Positions 36,414 through 45,414 of a stretch of 64,000 nt of DNA are shown here, in pieces. The stretch comes from Candidatus Gastranaerophilales bacterium (GTDB taxonomy: Bacteria; Cyanobacteriota; Vampirovibrionia; Gastranaerophilales; Gastranaerophilaceae). How positions within the stretch are numbered: the first letter of the stretch is position 1; the number at the start of each line of letters is the position of its first letter. Both the position numbers and the translations under genes were made by a program. The stretch covers positions 7,006-71,005 of the forward strand of contig CANQLG010000004.1 of assembly GCA_947624645.1 (NCBI GenBank), read 5' to 3'. Below the pieces are notes generated by a model, which searched no databases, was not told the DNA's origin, and was given only the letters and a program-made list of their open reading frames with translations.

Positions 36414-39400
36414 CTATGATTTTACCTCTTTCTTTACTAAATACATTAGCCTTATTGGAGAATCATATGATTTTGTTTGAGGAGGTCTTGTTATATACTT
36501 TTTGACAGGTTGTTCGGGTTCAATTGGGTTTTGTAATTGAGATTCAGATGCATTCGCTTTTTTATTGCGATGATTATCTAACAAATATTGAAGCCCAAAC
36601 TGGAAGCCCACACCGGTAATACCTGCATTACGGATATTAATTTGACCGTATGTTGCCAATTTATCTTTAAATGTTTTAGTAGCACCAAAACCATATTGGA
36701 ACACACCGTGGTCAAGTTTCATATCAGGAAGTTTAATATTTGCAGCATTTCCTTTTACTTTATCATTAATAAAGAACATATACTGGAATGCGGCATATAG
36801 GCTCCAAGTTTCTTTAGCGAAAATGAAGTTTACACCAGGTGCAACATTAACACCGTTTAACATACCCGTACTCATATCTACATCACCATAATTACTGTGC
36901 CATTTTTGTTTTCCAATAGCATTATATGCAACAAATACATTTGGCTGTATAGTGAAACTCTTTGAAGCATGCAAGTTATATGCTGATTTAATAGCACTAC
37001 CTGCAAACCAGTTACCCGTATTATCATTATAGCTTGAGTAGCTCATTTCATTTGTATAACCGCCGCCATATGCCAAAATTGAAGTAATAAAATCGTTATT
37101 TTTAATAAATGATCCCATAAAGCCTAATTGACCTGCATTTTGATATGCACCTGCGCCTTGGAAATATTGATGAGCGCCTGTGTATCCCACATAACCTGTT
37201 GGTACAAACGTCCAATCTTTTTTAAGTTCTATGGCGGGCATATCAAACCCTGCTATTGTGCCATAAATATTATTACCTATTCTCAAATTTTGTTTCATAT
37301 CAAGCTTATCAAAAGAAACATAAGTTTTTGACCACAAACCGCCTTCTTTATATGTTTTTTGATACGGGGCAAACAATGGAGATACGGCAGAATATTTGTT
37401 AGCATTCACTGCTTTATTAATCATAGTTTGATCATGTAAAACAAAATGATTGGTAATCATATCTTCTACTTGCAACTGATTAGAATACATAGCGGTTGTT
37501 GCAACCTGACCTCTGAATTCTTCAGGAACGTATTTTGCAAGATATAAATCAAACATTTTCGGATCACCGTCAACACCCTTTAAGCCATAATATCCGACAG
37601 GAGTTCTGATAAGTTTATCCGTTGTACTGGTATTAACATTTTCCTGTACACTTTCAAACAATTGATACCTTATCGTTCTGTCTAGCGGACATTTACCTTG
37701 GAGTGAAAAATCATCGATATAAAGATTTGCATCTTCAAGCGCACCTTCTTTTTGTGTGACATTTTTAAAATCGAATTTATCACTGCGTTTATCTCTGGGG
37801 CTAAAATCAACCGTAAATTTTCCGGTTCCGTCAAGTTCTACGTTATCAGCCTCAGCACTATCAATCTTGCCGTTCATCAGTCCAAATTTGGAGTTACCCT
37901 CCATTGTTAGTTTATCGGCTTTAAAATTTCCTTCTTCATTATCCGAACCTGCATAATTAAGCGTTGAATTATTAAGTAAAACTTCTCCGCCTCTAATAGA
38001 ACTGTCTTGTCCGTTAAGCGTAATATTAGAATCAGTAAAATTAGATTTACCGCCCGTTTGAAGTAAACCGCCTCCGCTAGCTGTATTATCAACTCCCGTT
38101 GCATTAAGCGTTCCGCCTTTTCCTTCTTCTTTTTCAATTGTAATAGTGCCTGCCCAGATATCTTCTTGATCCAAATTAAAGGTAGCATCATCTTCTATAT
38201 TAAATTTAGCTCCTTTTTCAAGTTCTACTTGGACCTCATCTTTAATTATACTTCCGGAACCGCCTTCGTTTCCTTTGAAATCAAATTCTGAACCGTTTTT
38301 AAATTTTAATTTACCCAGTTCCGCATTAAGTCCGCCTGACTGTCTGCTAACACCTTCTTCATCTTTCGACATACCATATTCAAGAATACCACCGCTTAAT
38401 TTAACATCGCCTGCCCATTTATCATCGTTTCCGAAGGTAACGGCACTATTTTCCTGTACTTCCAGTTTTCCGCCTTGTTCTAAATTAAGGGTTACTTCAT
38501 CGGAGATAATACTTTCGCCTTTAAGTGTCAAATTCAGACCGTCTTCGCCTCCATCTTCACCGATTTGAAGTGTACCGCCTGACATTTTAAGATTTTTAGC
38601 TTCGCCTTCTATTTGCCAGTTTAATTTACCGTTAGTAATATTTGTATCACCGCCAAAAAATTTAGCTTCACCCGTTACATTTGTTGTTCCGCCGGTTTGA
38701 GAATAACTGCCTGTATATCCGCTTGCATCACCCGTCAAATCAATAATACCCTCTTCACTATTGATAATTGCACCTTTTGAAGCGCTTTCGCCGCTAGTTA
38801 ACTTGCCGTTTAATTCCAAGTGACCTTTACCGCTGTTTGTAATACTTCCATCATTTTCTACTTCGTTAAGGGTCATTTCACCTGAATTTTTTATACCGTT
38901 ATCTCCGTTTGCAGTATTTGTAACTTTGCCTTCAACAGAAAGAGAGGCACTTTCACCTGTATTATTAAAGGTGCCTGTGTTTTCCATATTACCTGTAATA
39001 TCATAGGTACCCTTATTATCAACTTTTCCGTTGTTCGTATCATTACCTTGATTTGTAATTGTACCTTCATTTGAGATAGTACCATTATTTGCACTTGATG
39101 TTTGTATTGTTATATTACTGTCTGACGCATTTTTAATATTTCCGTTTTTGGCAGAATTTTCTAATGACCCTAAGGCTAAAGAACCTGCTAAAGTGTCAGA
39201 TCCGTTATTTAATGTGCCGTTATTTGTAAATGTATATCCTTCATTTGTTATTGTACCTGTATTATTTACAGTATCACCGTTTATAATATTTCCGTTAGCA
39301 GTAATTTCAGCTCCGTTTGTATTATCTATGGTACCTTTTGTATTATTCAAGGCATCATTAACAGTTAAATGAGAATCTGCACCATCATTGGTAATAGTTC

Positions 39401-42400
39401 CGCCATTATTTGTAAGTTCACCTGTTATGTTAAATTGTCCGCCTTCTTTATTTTCTAATATACCATTTTGACCGTTTGTTACTGCATTTTCTGCTGTAAA
39501 TTGTGCATTTTCGCCTGAGTTTGTTATTGTCCCGTCATTAGTTACAGCACCTTTTGCATCAAAAGTACCGTTATTTGTTATTTTACCTTGTTCCGATGTC
39601 GATGTTGTACCTTGAACTTCGGTAGTGGAACCATCTTCATTTATATATTCGCCACTATTGTAGTCTAAATTTTCTTCAACAATAACTTTACCTTCATCTG
39701 TTGCATTATTTCTAAAAATACCGCCTTTTCCGAATAGATTTTTAACAGTAAATTTACCGTTATTAGAGTTTAATGCATTACCCGAGTTATTAAATGTTGA
39801 ATTTTCAGCTAAGAATGTTCCCTCATTCGTAAATGTTCCCGAGTTTGTCGCCGTGTCACCCGTTACGGTTACACTTCCTTTATTTGTAAATCCTTTATCT
39901 TCACCTGTTCCGCTATTTTCAAAGGTTTGAGCTGTCAGAGAACTATCTTCGGTTTCATTAGCATATTTACCCGAGTTCGTAAATTTGCCGTTTTCTGCCT
40001 TGAATGTTCCGCTGTTGGAAATATCACCGGCATTTACGGCATCGCCGTTTGATGTAAATTCGCTTGATTCCGAGTTTGTAATTGAAGCGCCGTCTTGGTT
40101 ATTTAATGAATCGACGTTCATTGAATTTTCATTGATTATATTTCCGCCTGATTTATTGTCAAATGCACCTTTAACCGTAATATTTCCTTCACCTGAATTT
40201 TTAACGGAACCTGAATTATCCATTGAACCTGCACTCAGAGTGCCTGTATTTTCTATACCTTTTTTTTCATCAGAACCCGAACTTGAATTGGTCAGTTTTC
40301 CGTCTGTTTTAAAAGTTCCGCTGTTTTCAATAGTACCGTTATTGTTGTTTGTAACATCTCCCGTTATTGTAAATCCGCCTTTACCCTCAGTCTCGGTACT
40401 GCTGTTATTTATACTACCGCCGTCATTTGTTAAATTCCCTTGACCTTTAAAAGTACCTTCATTTACTATATTTCCGCCTGTTTGGTTTTTTATTTCGCCA
40501 TTAACGGTAAAATCAGCATCGGCATTATTTGTTATATTGCCTGTATTACTTCCTATTGAGCCTGCAGTAAGTGAACCCGATTCATTGGTAACCGTTCCTT
40601 TTGTATTTGTTAAAGTACCTGTTATTTCAACATTACTGCCTTTATTTGTAAAACTGTTTTGTTCAGTTGCAAGGGTAAGATTACCCATTGTTAATGAGGA
40701 TTCTTCTGCATCTTCGCCGGTAACTAAATCACTATCACCATTAAGTGTAACGTCTGTAATATTTGCGGTACCTTTATTAGCGAAAGTACCTGTTTCCATA
40801 GTCAAACTTTTAAGGTTAAAAGTATCACCATTATTAGTAAGAGTACCTTTATCAGAATTTGTAAATGAACTCAAAGCTGCATCAAATATACCGCCATTAA
40901 CAAAACTGCCAGAGTTTGTTATTGAATGTTCACCTTGTACGGTAAATTTTCCAGAATTATCAAATTTGCTTGAATTATCAATAGAGCCTGATCCCTCTAC
41001 TAAAACGGTACCTTCATTTGTAAAGCCCTTATCATCACCCGTAGCGTTATTGGTAAAATCACCAGTTATAGTTAAGTTACCCGTTTCGGCTTTATTATCA
41101 AATTTACCGGAGTTTGTAAAGTCACCTGATGAAAATGAACCGCTGTTATCTATTGTACCTTTATTTTGTGTTGAACTTTTTGATGTAAATGAGCTTGAAG
41201 CAGAATTTGTCAGTGTTGCATTTTCTTCATTAGTAAAAGAACCTGCACTCATAGTTTTTTCGTTGGTTATTTGGGCATCACTTTTATTTTCTAATGCCCC
41301 TGAAATATCAATATTACCGTTGCCGCTATTTTTCACAGTACCTTGATTTTCCATCGAGTTAGCCTTTAAGGTACCTGTATTATCTATTCCTGCATCGGTT
41401 GAACCCTTACTTGAGTTTGTAATTTTTCCGTTTGAAGAAAGCGTACCTTGATTTTTTATTGAACCGTCGGTTTGATTTTGAATATCTCCCGTAATTGTTA
41501 TATCACTGGAATTGTTATTAGTTAAAGCACCTGAATTATCAAGTGAACCACCGGTCATTGTGCCAGAGTTAGTTATATTGGCATCACTTTTATTTTGTAT
41601 TTGCCCGGATACCGAGAAATTTGATGAATTTTCTACTGTGCCTGAATTATCTAAAGAATCTGCACTAAATGTACCTGATTGATTATCGATTTTTCCGCTT
41701 TGTTCGTTTGTAACGGCACCTGATGCGGTCGAAGTCCCTTTATTTGTATAATCACCAGAATTCGTCATTGATTCAAAGGTCATTTCACCCGAATTGGTTA
41801 TACCTTTACTGTTATCGCTGTTTTTTCCGGAATTAGTAAACTCACCTGTAATATTCAGTTCTGCGTCGTTTGTAACTTTTCCGCTGTTATTAAATCCCGC
41901 ATTAAATTTTACATTACCCTCATTTTTATTTTCTAAATTTCCGCTATTATTAAAATTTCCGTTTTCAACGCTAAAAGTTCCTCCGTCATTGGTTAAGTTA
42001 GAGCTGTTTGTACTTTCGCCTACACCGTTAACCGTAACTGAGCCTTTATTTGTAAAATTAGCATCAACGCCTTCATTTTTTTCATTTTTGAATGCACCAC
42101 CTACTGTAACTGAACCTGATTCATTGTTAAAAGTACCTTTGTTTGTTAAATCATTATCAGATTGGACTTTACCGCCATTATTAGAAAAAGTTCCCGAATT
42201 AGTAACTGTATCTCCTGATATTGAACTTCCTTCTCCCGTATTATTGAAAGTTCCCTCATTGATTACACCTCCTGTTGCGGTGATGGAACCTGAATTCTCA
42301 TATTGAGAAGTTCCTTCGTTTCTAAAATCGCCTTCTACGTCAAAATCCGCATTTGCAAGGTTCTCTGCTGTTGAACCGTTTGAGTTAGTAAATGCATTTG

Positions 42401-43613
42401 CACTTACGTGTCCTGCATTAGAAAAACCTTTATTATCATTTTTTCCTGAGCTTGAGTTAGTAATTGAGCCTGCTTTTAAATAGGCATTCGCTTCATTTTT
42501 TATGATACCATTTGAGTTATTAGTAATATTTCCTTCTATTGAAAACCCATCTTCTTGAGTACTTGAGTTTGTTATTTCTCCTGTATTTGTTAACGAGTTA
42601 GCAGAAAATTTAGCACTGTTTGAAAGTTGGGCTTGGTTGTCAACTGAATTTGCACTAAATGTACCCGATTGATTGTCAATTTTACCGCTTTCTTCGTTTG
42701 TAACTGCACCTGTTATATCCGTTTGACCTTTATTTGTATATTCGCCTTTGTTGTTCATTGACCCCGCATTCAAATTACCCGAGTTGGATATTATACCGTT
42801 AGGTTCCTCTTCATCCTCTTTTTTTGCGTTTTCTAAGGCAGAAGTTCCAAGGTCTAAAGTCGAATTTTCATAATTTGTTACACTACCCGTATTGGATAAG
42901 CCTTTTGATAAATTCAATTGTCCTTTATTTTTGTTATCCATTTGACCATCGTTAGTCATTTTATCGCTTACACTGAAGCTTCCGCCATCATTAGTGATAC
43001 TGCCTTTATTCTCGCCGGTTCCCGATACAGAGAATGTGCCCTGATTAGTCAATCCTGCACTTTTGTTTTCGTCCGAACCGTTTGTCAGATTACCTGTGAT
43101 AGTTGCCGTACCTGTTGCATCATCAGTCTTTGAATTTGTTATTTGACCATCATTTCTTAAATCAACACCATTCATCTTTCCTTTATTTTCTATGGTGCCT
43201 TGGCTTTTATTTTTAAATTCTCCTTTTGAAGTTAATGTACCTGCACTTTCAATGGTAACATCACCCTCATTATCAATGGTACCTCTTTCTTGATTATCAG
43301 TTATTGAGGTTTCTCCTGTAATTTTGCCGTCATCATCTATGTTTATTTTTGATATACCGTAATCGTCATTCATTACCAGCAAAGTATTGCTTTGTTTTGA
43401 ATCGTCTAAATGTATAATATCATCTTGTTTTATATTATCGTTTGTTATTGTTATTCGCTTTATATCAGGGTTAACACTTGCTTGTGATATTGACATACTT
43501 CCTGTCCCAATCAACGCCGCCAATAATGCAGCCATTTTCAATTTATTTTCGTTATTCAAAAATACCCCCCCCCGAACCTTTTTCAGAACGGGAGCTACTA
43601 TTCTATTCCACAC
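36414..43613 (-). CDS. Giant type Va autotransporter (2399 aa) with an N/G/T/S-rich solenoid-type passenger
   Basis: Signal peptide ..KLKMAALLAALIGTGSMSISQA; about 2000 aa of degenerate ~20-aa xNxGxxxN repeats with large internal duplications; C-terminal barrel region (..YVGYTGAHQYF.., ..GVGFQFGLQYLL). The true start is uncertain (GTG 43613, TTG 43559 or ATG 43535). Confidence 0.85.
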   Translation of the reverse strand: MWNRIVAPVLKKVRGGVFLNNENKLKMAALLAALIGTGSMSISQASVNPDIKRITITNDNIKQDDIIHLDDSKQSNTLLVMNDDYGISKINIDDDGKITGETSITDNQERGTIDNEGDVTIESAGTLTSKGEFKNKSQGTIENKGKMNGVDLRNDGQITNSKTDDATGTATITGNLTNGSDENKSAGLTNQGTFSVSGTGENKGSITNDGGSFSVSDKMTNDGQMDNKNKGQLNLSKGLSNTGSVTNYENSTLDLGTSALENAKKEDEEEPNGIISNSGNLNAGSMNNKGEYTNKGQTDITGAVTNEESGKIDNQSGTFSANSVDNQAQLSNSAKFSANSLTNTGEITNSSTQEDGFSIEGNITNNSNGIIKNEANAYLKAGSITNSSSGKNDNKGFSNAGHVSANAFTNSNGSTAENLANADFDVEGDFRNEGTSQYENSGSITATGGVINEGTFNNTGEGSSISGDTVTNSGTFSNNGGKVQSDNDLTNKGTFNNESGSVTVGGAFKNEKNEGVDANFTNKGSVTVNGVGESTNSSNLTNDGGTFSVENGNFNNSGNLENKNEGNVKFNAGFNNSGKVTNDAELNITGEFTNSGKNSDNSKGITNSGEMTFESMTNSGDYTNKGTSTASGAVTNEQSGKIDNQSGTFSADSLDNSGTVENSSNFSVSGQIQNKSDANITNSGTMTGGSLDNSGALTNNNSSDITITGDIQNQTDGSIKNQGTLSSNGKITNSSKGSTDAGIDNTGTLKANSMENQGTVKNSGNGNIDISGALENKSDAQITNEKTMSAGSFTNEENATLTNSASSSFTSKSSTQNKGTIDNSGSFSSGDFTNSGKFDNKAETGNLTITGDFTNNATGDDKGFTNEGTVLVEGSGSIDNSSKFDNSGKFTVQGEHSITNSGSFVNGGIFDAALSSFTNSDKGTLTNNGDTFNLKSLTMETGTFANKGTANITDVTLNGDSDLVTGEDAEESSLTMGNLTLATEQNSFTNKGSNVEITGTLTNTKGTVTNESGSLTAGSIGSNTGNITNNADADFTVNGEIKNQTGGNIVNEGTFKGQGNLTNDGGSINNSSTETEGKGGFTITGDVTNNNNGTIENSGTFKTDGKLTNSSSGSDEKKGIENTGTLSAGSMDNSGSVKNSGEGNITVKGAFDNKSGGNIINENSMNVDSLNNQDGASITNSESSEFTSNGDAVNAGDISNSGTFKAENGKFTNSGKYANETEDSSLTAQTFENSGTGEDKGFTNKGSVTVTGDTATNSGTFTNEGTFLAENSTFNNSGNALNSNNGKFTVKNLFGKGGIFRNNATDEGKVIVEENLDYNSGEYINEDGSTTEVQGTTSTSEQGKITNNGTFDAKGAVTNDGTITNSGENAQFTAENAVTNGQNGILENKEGGQFNITGELTNNGGTITNDGADSHLTVNDALNNTKGTIDNTNGAEITANGNIINGDTVNNTGTITNEGYTFTNNGTLNNGSDTLAGSLALGSLENSAKNGNIKNASDSNITIQTSSANNGTISNEGTITNQGNDTNNGKVDNKGTYDITGNMENTGTFNNTGESASLSVEGKVTNTANGDNGIKNSGEMTLNEVENDGSITNSGKGHLELNGKLTSGESASKGAIINSEEGIIDLTGDASGYTGSYSQTGGTTNVTGEAKFFGGDTNITNGKLNWQIEGEAKNLKMSGGTLQIGEDGGEDGLNLTLKGESIISDEVTLNLEQGGKLEVQENSAVTFGNDDKWAGDVKLSGGILEYGMSKDEEGVSRQSGGLNAELGKLKFKNGSEFDFKGNEGGSGSIIKDEVQVELEKGAKFNIEDDATFNLDQEDIWAGTITIEKEEGKGGTLNATGVDNTASGGGLLQTGGKSNFTDSNITLNGQDSSIRGGEVLLNNSTLNYAGSDNEEGNFKADKLTMEGNSKFGLMNGKIDSAEADNVELDGTGKFTVDFSPRDKRSDKFDFKNVTQKEGALEDANLYIDDFSLQGKCPLDRTIRYQLFESVQENVNTSTTDKLIRTPVGYYGLKGVDGDPKMFDLYLAKYVPEEFRGQVATTAMYSNQLQVEDMITNHFVLHDQTMINKAVNANKYSAVSPLFAPYQKTYKEGGLWSKTYVSFDKLDMKQNLRIGNNIYGTIAGFDMPAIELKKDWTFVPTGYVGYTGAHQYFQGAGAYQNAGQLGFMGSFIKNNDFITSILAYGGGYTNEMSYSSYNDNTGNWFAGSAIKSAYNLHASKSFTIQPNVFVAYNAIGKQKWHSNYGDVDMSTGMLNGVNVAPGVNFIFAKETWSLYAAFQYMFFINDKVKGNAANIKLPDMKLDHGVFQYGFGATKTFKDKLATYGQINIRNAGITGVGFQFGLQYLLDNHRNKKANASESQLQNPIEPEQPVKKYITRPPQTKSYDSPIRLMYLVKKEVKS
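43565..43573 (-). repeat. C9 (G9 on the coding strand) homopolymeric tract at the 5' end of the giant autotransporter gene
   Basis: Counted directly: aataCCCCCCCCCgaacc. The coding strand reads GTT CGG GGG GGG GTA TTT TTG. Confidence 0.95.
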
Positions 43614-43711
43614 GCAAATGTTATTATAAACATACTTTCAATACAATATTAATAAACATTTATTGTCTTTTTTGTTATAATTTTTAAAATTAGTTTTTTA
43701 AAGGATTTGTC

Positions 43712-44917
43712 ATGCTAACCATTGAAAAAGTAAAAGATGCACAAAAAGTGCTTTCAGATATTGTCAGAAAAACTGATCTTATTCACGCTCAAAATTTTTT
43801 TAATAATGCGGAAATATATCTTAAAGTTGAAAATCTTCAAAAAACAGGCTCTTTTAAAATAAGAGGGGCAGGCTATAAAATTGCAAACTTATCCGAAGCT
43901 GAAAAACAAAAAGGTGTTATTGCTTGTTCTGCCGGAAACCACGCACAAGGTGTTGCTCTTGCTTCTCAAAGAAACAATATTAAATCAACCATATTTATTC
44001 CTGCTACCGCACCAATATCTAAGGTTGAAGCAACAAGAAAACTTGGTGCCGAGATTAAACTTATTGACGGTGTTTATGATGATGCATATAATGCTTGTGT
44101 TCAATACCAAAAACAAACAGGCTCAACTTTTGTACACCCCTTTGATGATGAAGATGTTATTGCGGGGCAGGGTACTATCGGATTGGAAATTCTCGAACAA
44201 CTTCCTGATGTTGATGCCGTTATTGTTCCTATCGGGGGCGGCGGGCTTATATCAGGTGTTGCTTATACTATAAAGCAATTAAACCCGAAATGTAAAGTAT
44301 ACGGAGTTCAGGCTCAAGGTGCAGGAAGTATGTATCAATCCTTTATTAATAAAAAGATTCTTGAATTACCGGTAGTTCATACTTTTGCTGATGGGACTGC
44401 CGTCAAAAAACCGGGGCAGCTGACTTTCGATTTATGTTCCAAATACGTTGATGATATAGTTACTGTTACTGATGATGAGATAGCATCCGCTATCCTTGCT
44501 TTGATGGAAAAACAAAAGCTTGTTGCAGAAGGAGCGGGTGCTCTAAGTGTTGCTGCCGCTATGTTTGATAAACTGCCTATAAAGGGGCTTAAAACCGTAT
44601 GTCTTATTTCTGGCGGGAATATTGATGTTAATATATTATCACGAGTTATTAACAGAGGACTTTTAAAATCAGGCAGATTATCTCATTTAACTATTGAATT
44701 GCTTGATAAACCAGGACAATTAAAAGAGGTTTCTTCTATTATTGCCGAACATGGTGCTAATGTTATCAGGGTAAGACACAATCAGGGCGGTGAAAATACC
44801 GATATTAACGATTGTTTCTTAAAAATTTCAATGGAAACTAAAAATGCACAGCACTTTGAAGAAATTCAAAAAGCTTTAACCGCTAAAGGGTATAAAATCA
44901 CTTCCAACGTTCAATAA
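43712..44917 (+). CDS. ilvA: Threonine ammonia-lyase (threonine dehydratase) with a C-terminal ACT-like domain
   Basis: PLP-lysine motif TGSFKIRGA, SAGNHAQGVA and GGGGLISG; 401 aa. Confidence 0.88.
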   Translation: MLTIEKVKDAQKVLSDIVRKTDLIHAQNFFNNAEIYLKVENLQKTGSFKIRGAGYKIANLSEAEKQKGVIACSAGNHAQGVALASQRNNIKSTIFIPATAPISKVEATRKLGAEIKLIDGVYDDAYNACVQYQKQTGSTFVHPFDDEDVIAGQGTIGLEILEQLPDVDAVIVPIGGGGLISGVAYTIKQLNPKCKVYGVQAQGAGSMYQSFINKKILELPVVHTFADGTAVKKPGQLTFDLCSKYVDDIVTVTDDEIASAILALMEKQKLVAEGAGALSVAAAMFDKLPIKGLKTVCLISGGNIDVNILSRVINRGLLKSGRLSHLTIELLDKPGQLKEVSSIIAEHGANVIRVRHNQGGENTDINDCFLKISMETKNAQHFEEIQKALTAKGYKITSNVQ

Positions 44918-44934
44918 AAAAATTTTAAACCCAA

Positions 44935-45395
44935 AGACATTGGTAAAATTACCGTTATAACCATATACAAAGTTTCGTTATTTTAGTTGCCTAAACAACA
45001 TCACAGCTTCGTCTGTTCGAAGTGCGAAAGCACAAGTTACGAAGCTTTTAGTTTAGGCTAATAAAATAGAAACGGAGTATCGGTTATAACGGTAATTACA
45101 CCAATGTCTATATATTTTTGTTATTTTAGTTGCCTAAACAACGTCACAGCTTCGTCTGTTCGAAGTGCGAAAGCTCAAGTTACTAAGCCTTTAGTTTAGG
45201 CTAATAAAATAGAAACGGAGTATCGGTTATAACGGTAATTTTACCAAGGTTTATATGTTTTTGTTATTTTAGTTGCCTAATCAACGTTGCGGCTTCGTTT
45301 GTTCGAAGTGCGAAAGCACAAGTTACGAAGCCTTTAGTTTAGGCTAATAAAATAGAAACGAAGTATCAGTTATAACGGTAATTTTACCAATGTCT
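44935..45395. repeat. 143-bp x3 tandem, internally hairpinned repeat block bounded by 28-bp inverted repeats
   Basis: Units start at 44977, 45120 and 45263. The left arm 44935-44962 is the reverse complement of the unit tails (26/28 with 45082-45109, 27/28 with 45368-45395). There are nested dyads and a GAAA-tetraloop hairpin. Confidence 0.9.
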
Positions 45396-45414
45396 ATATA
45401 TTACGGAATCTATA

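Noticed and set aside
39985-42306. Long plus-strand ORFs (152, 269 and 170 aa) antisense to the giant autotransporter. Similar antisense ORFs lie at 11920-12423, 32762-33181, 56945-57427 and 2404-2790.
   Set aside because: They lie entirely within better-supported genes on the other strand and have P/L/S/V/F-rich nonsense composition and no RBS. The repetitive AAT/GGT/ACT codon usage of the sense strand removes stops from the antisense frame.
44935-45395. Possible CRISPR array, because of regularly spaced repeats.
   Set aside because: The 143-bp units abut each other with no unique spacers. The unit is far longer than CRISPR repeats, and no cas genes are nearby.
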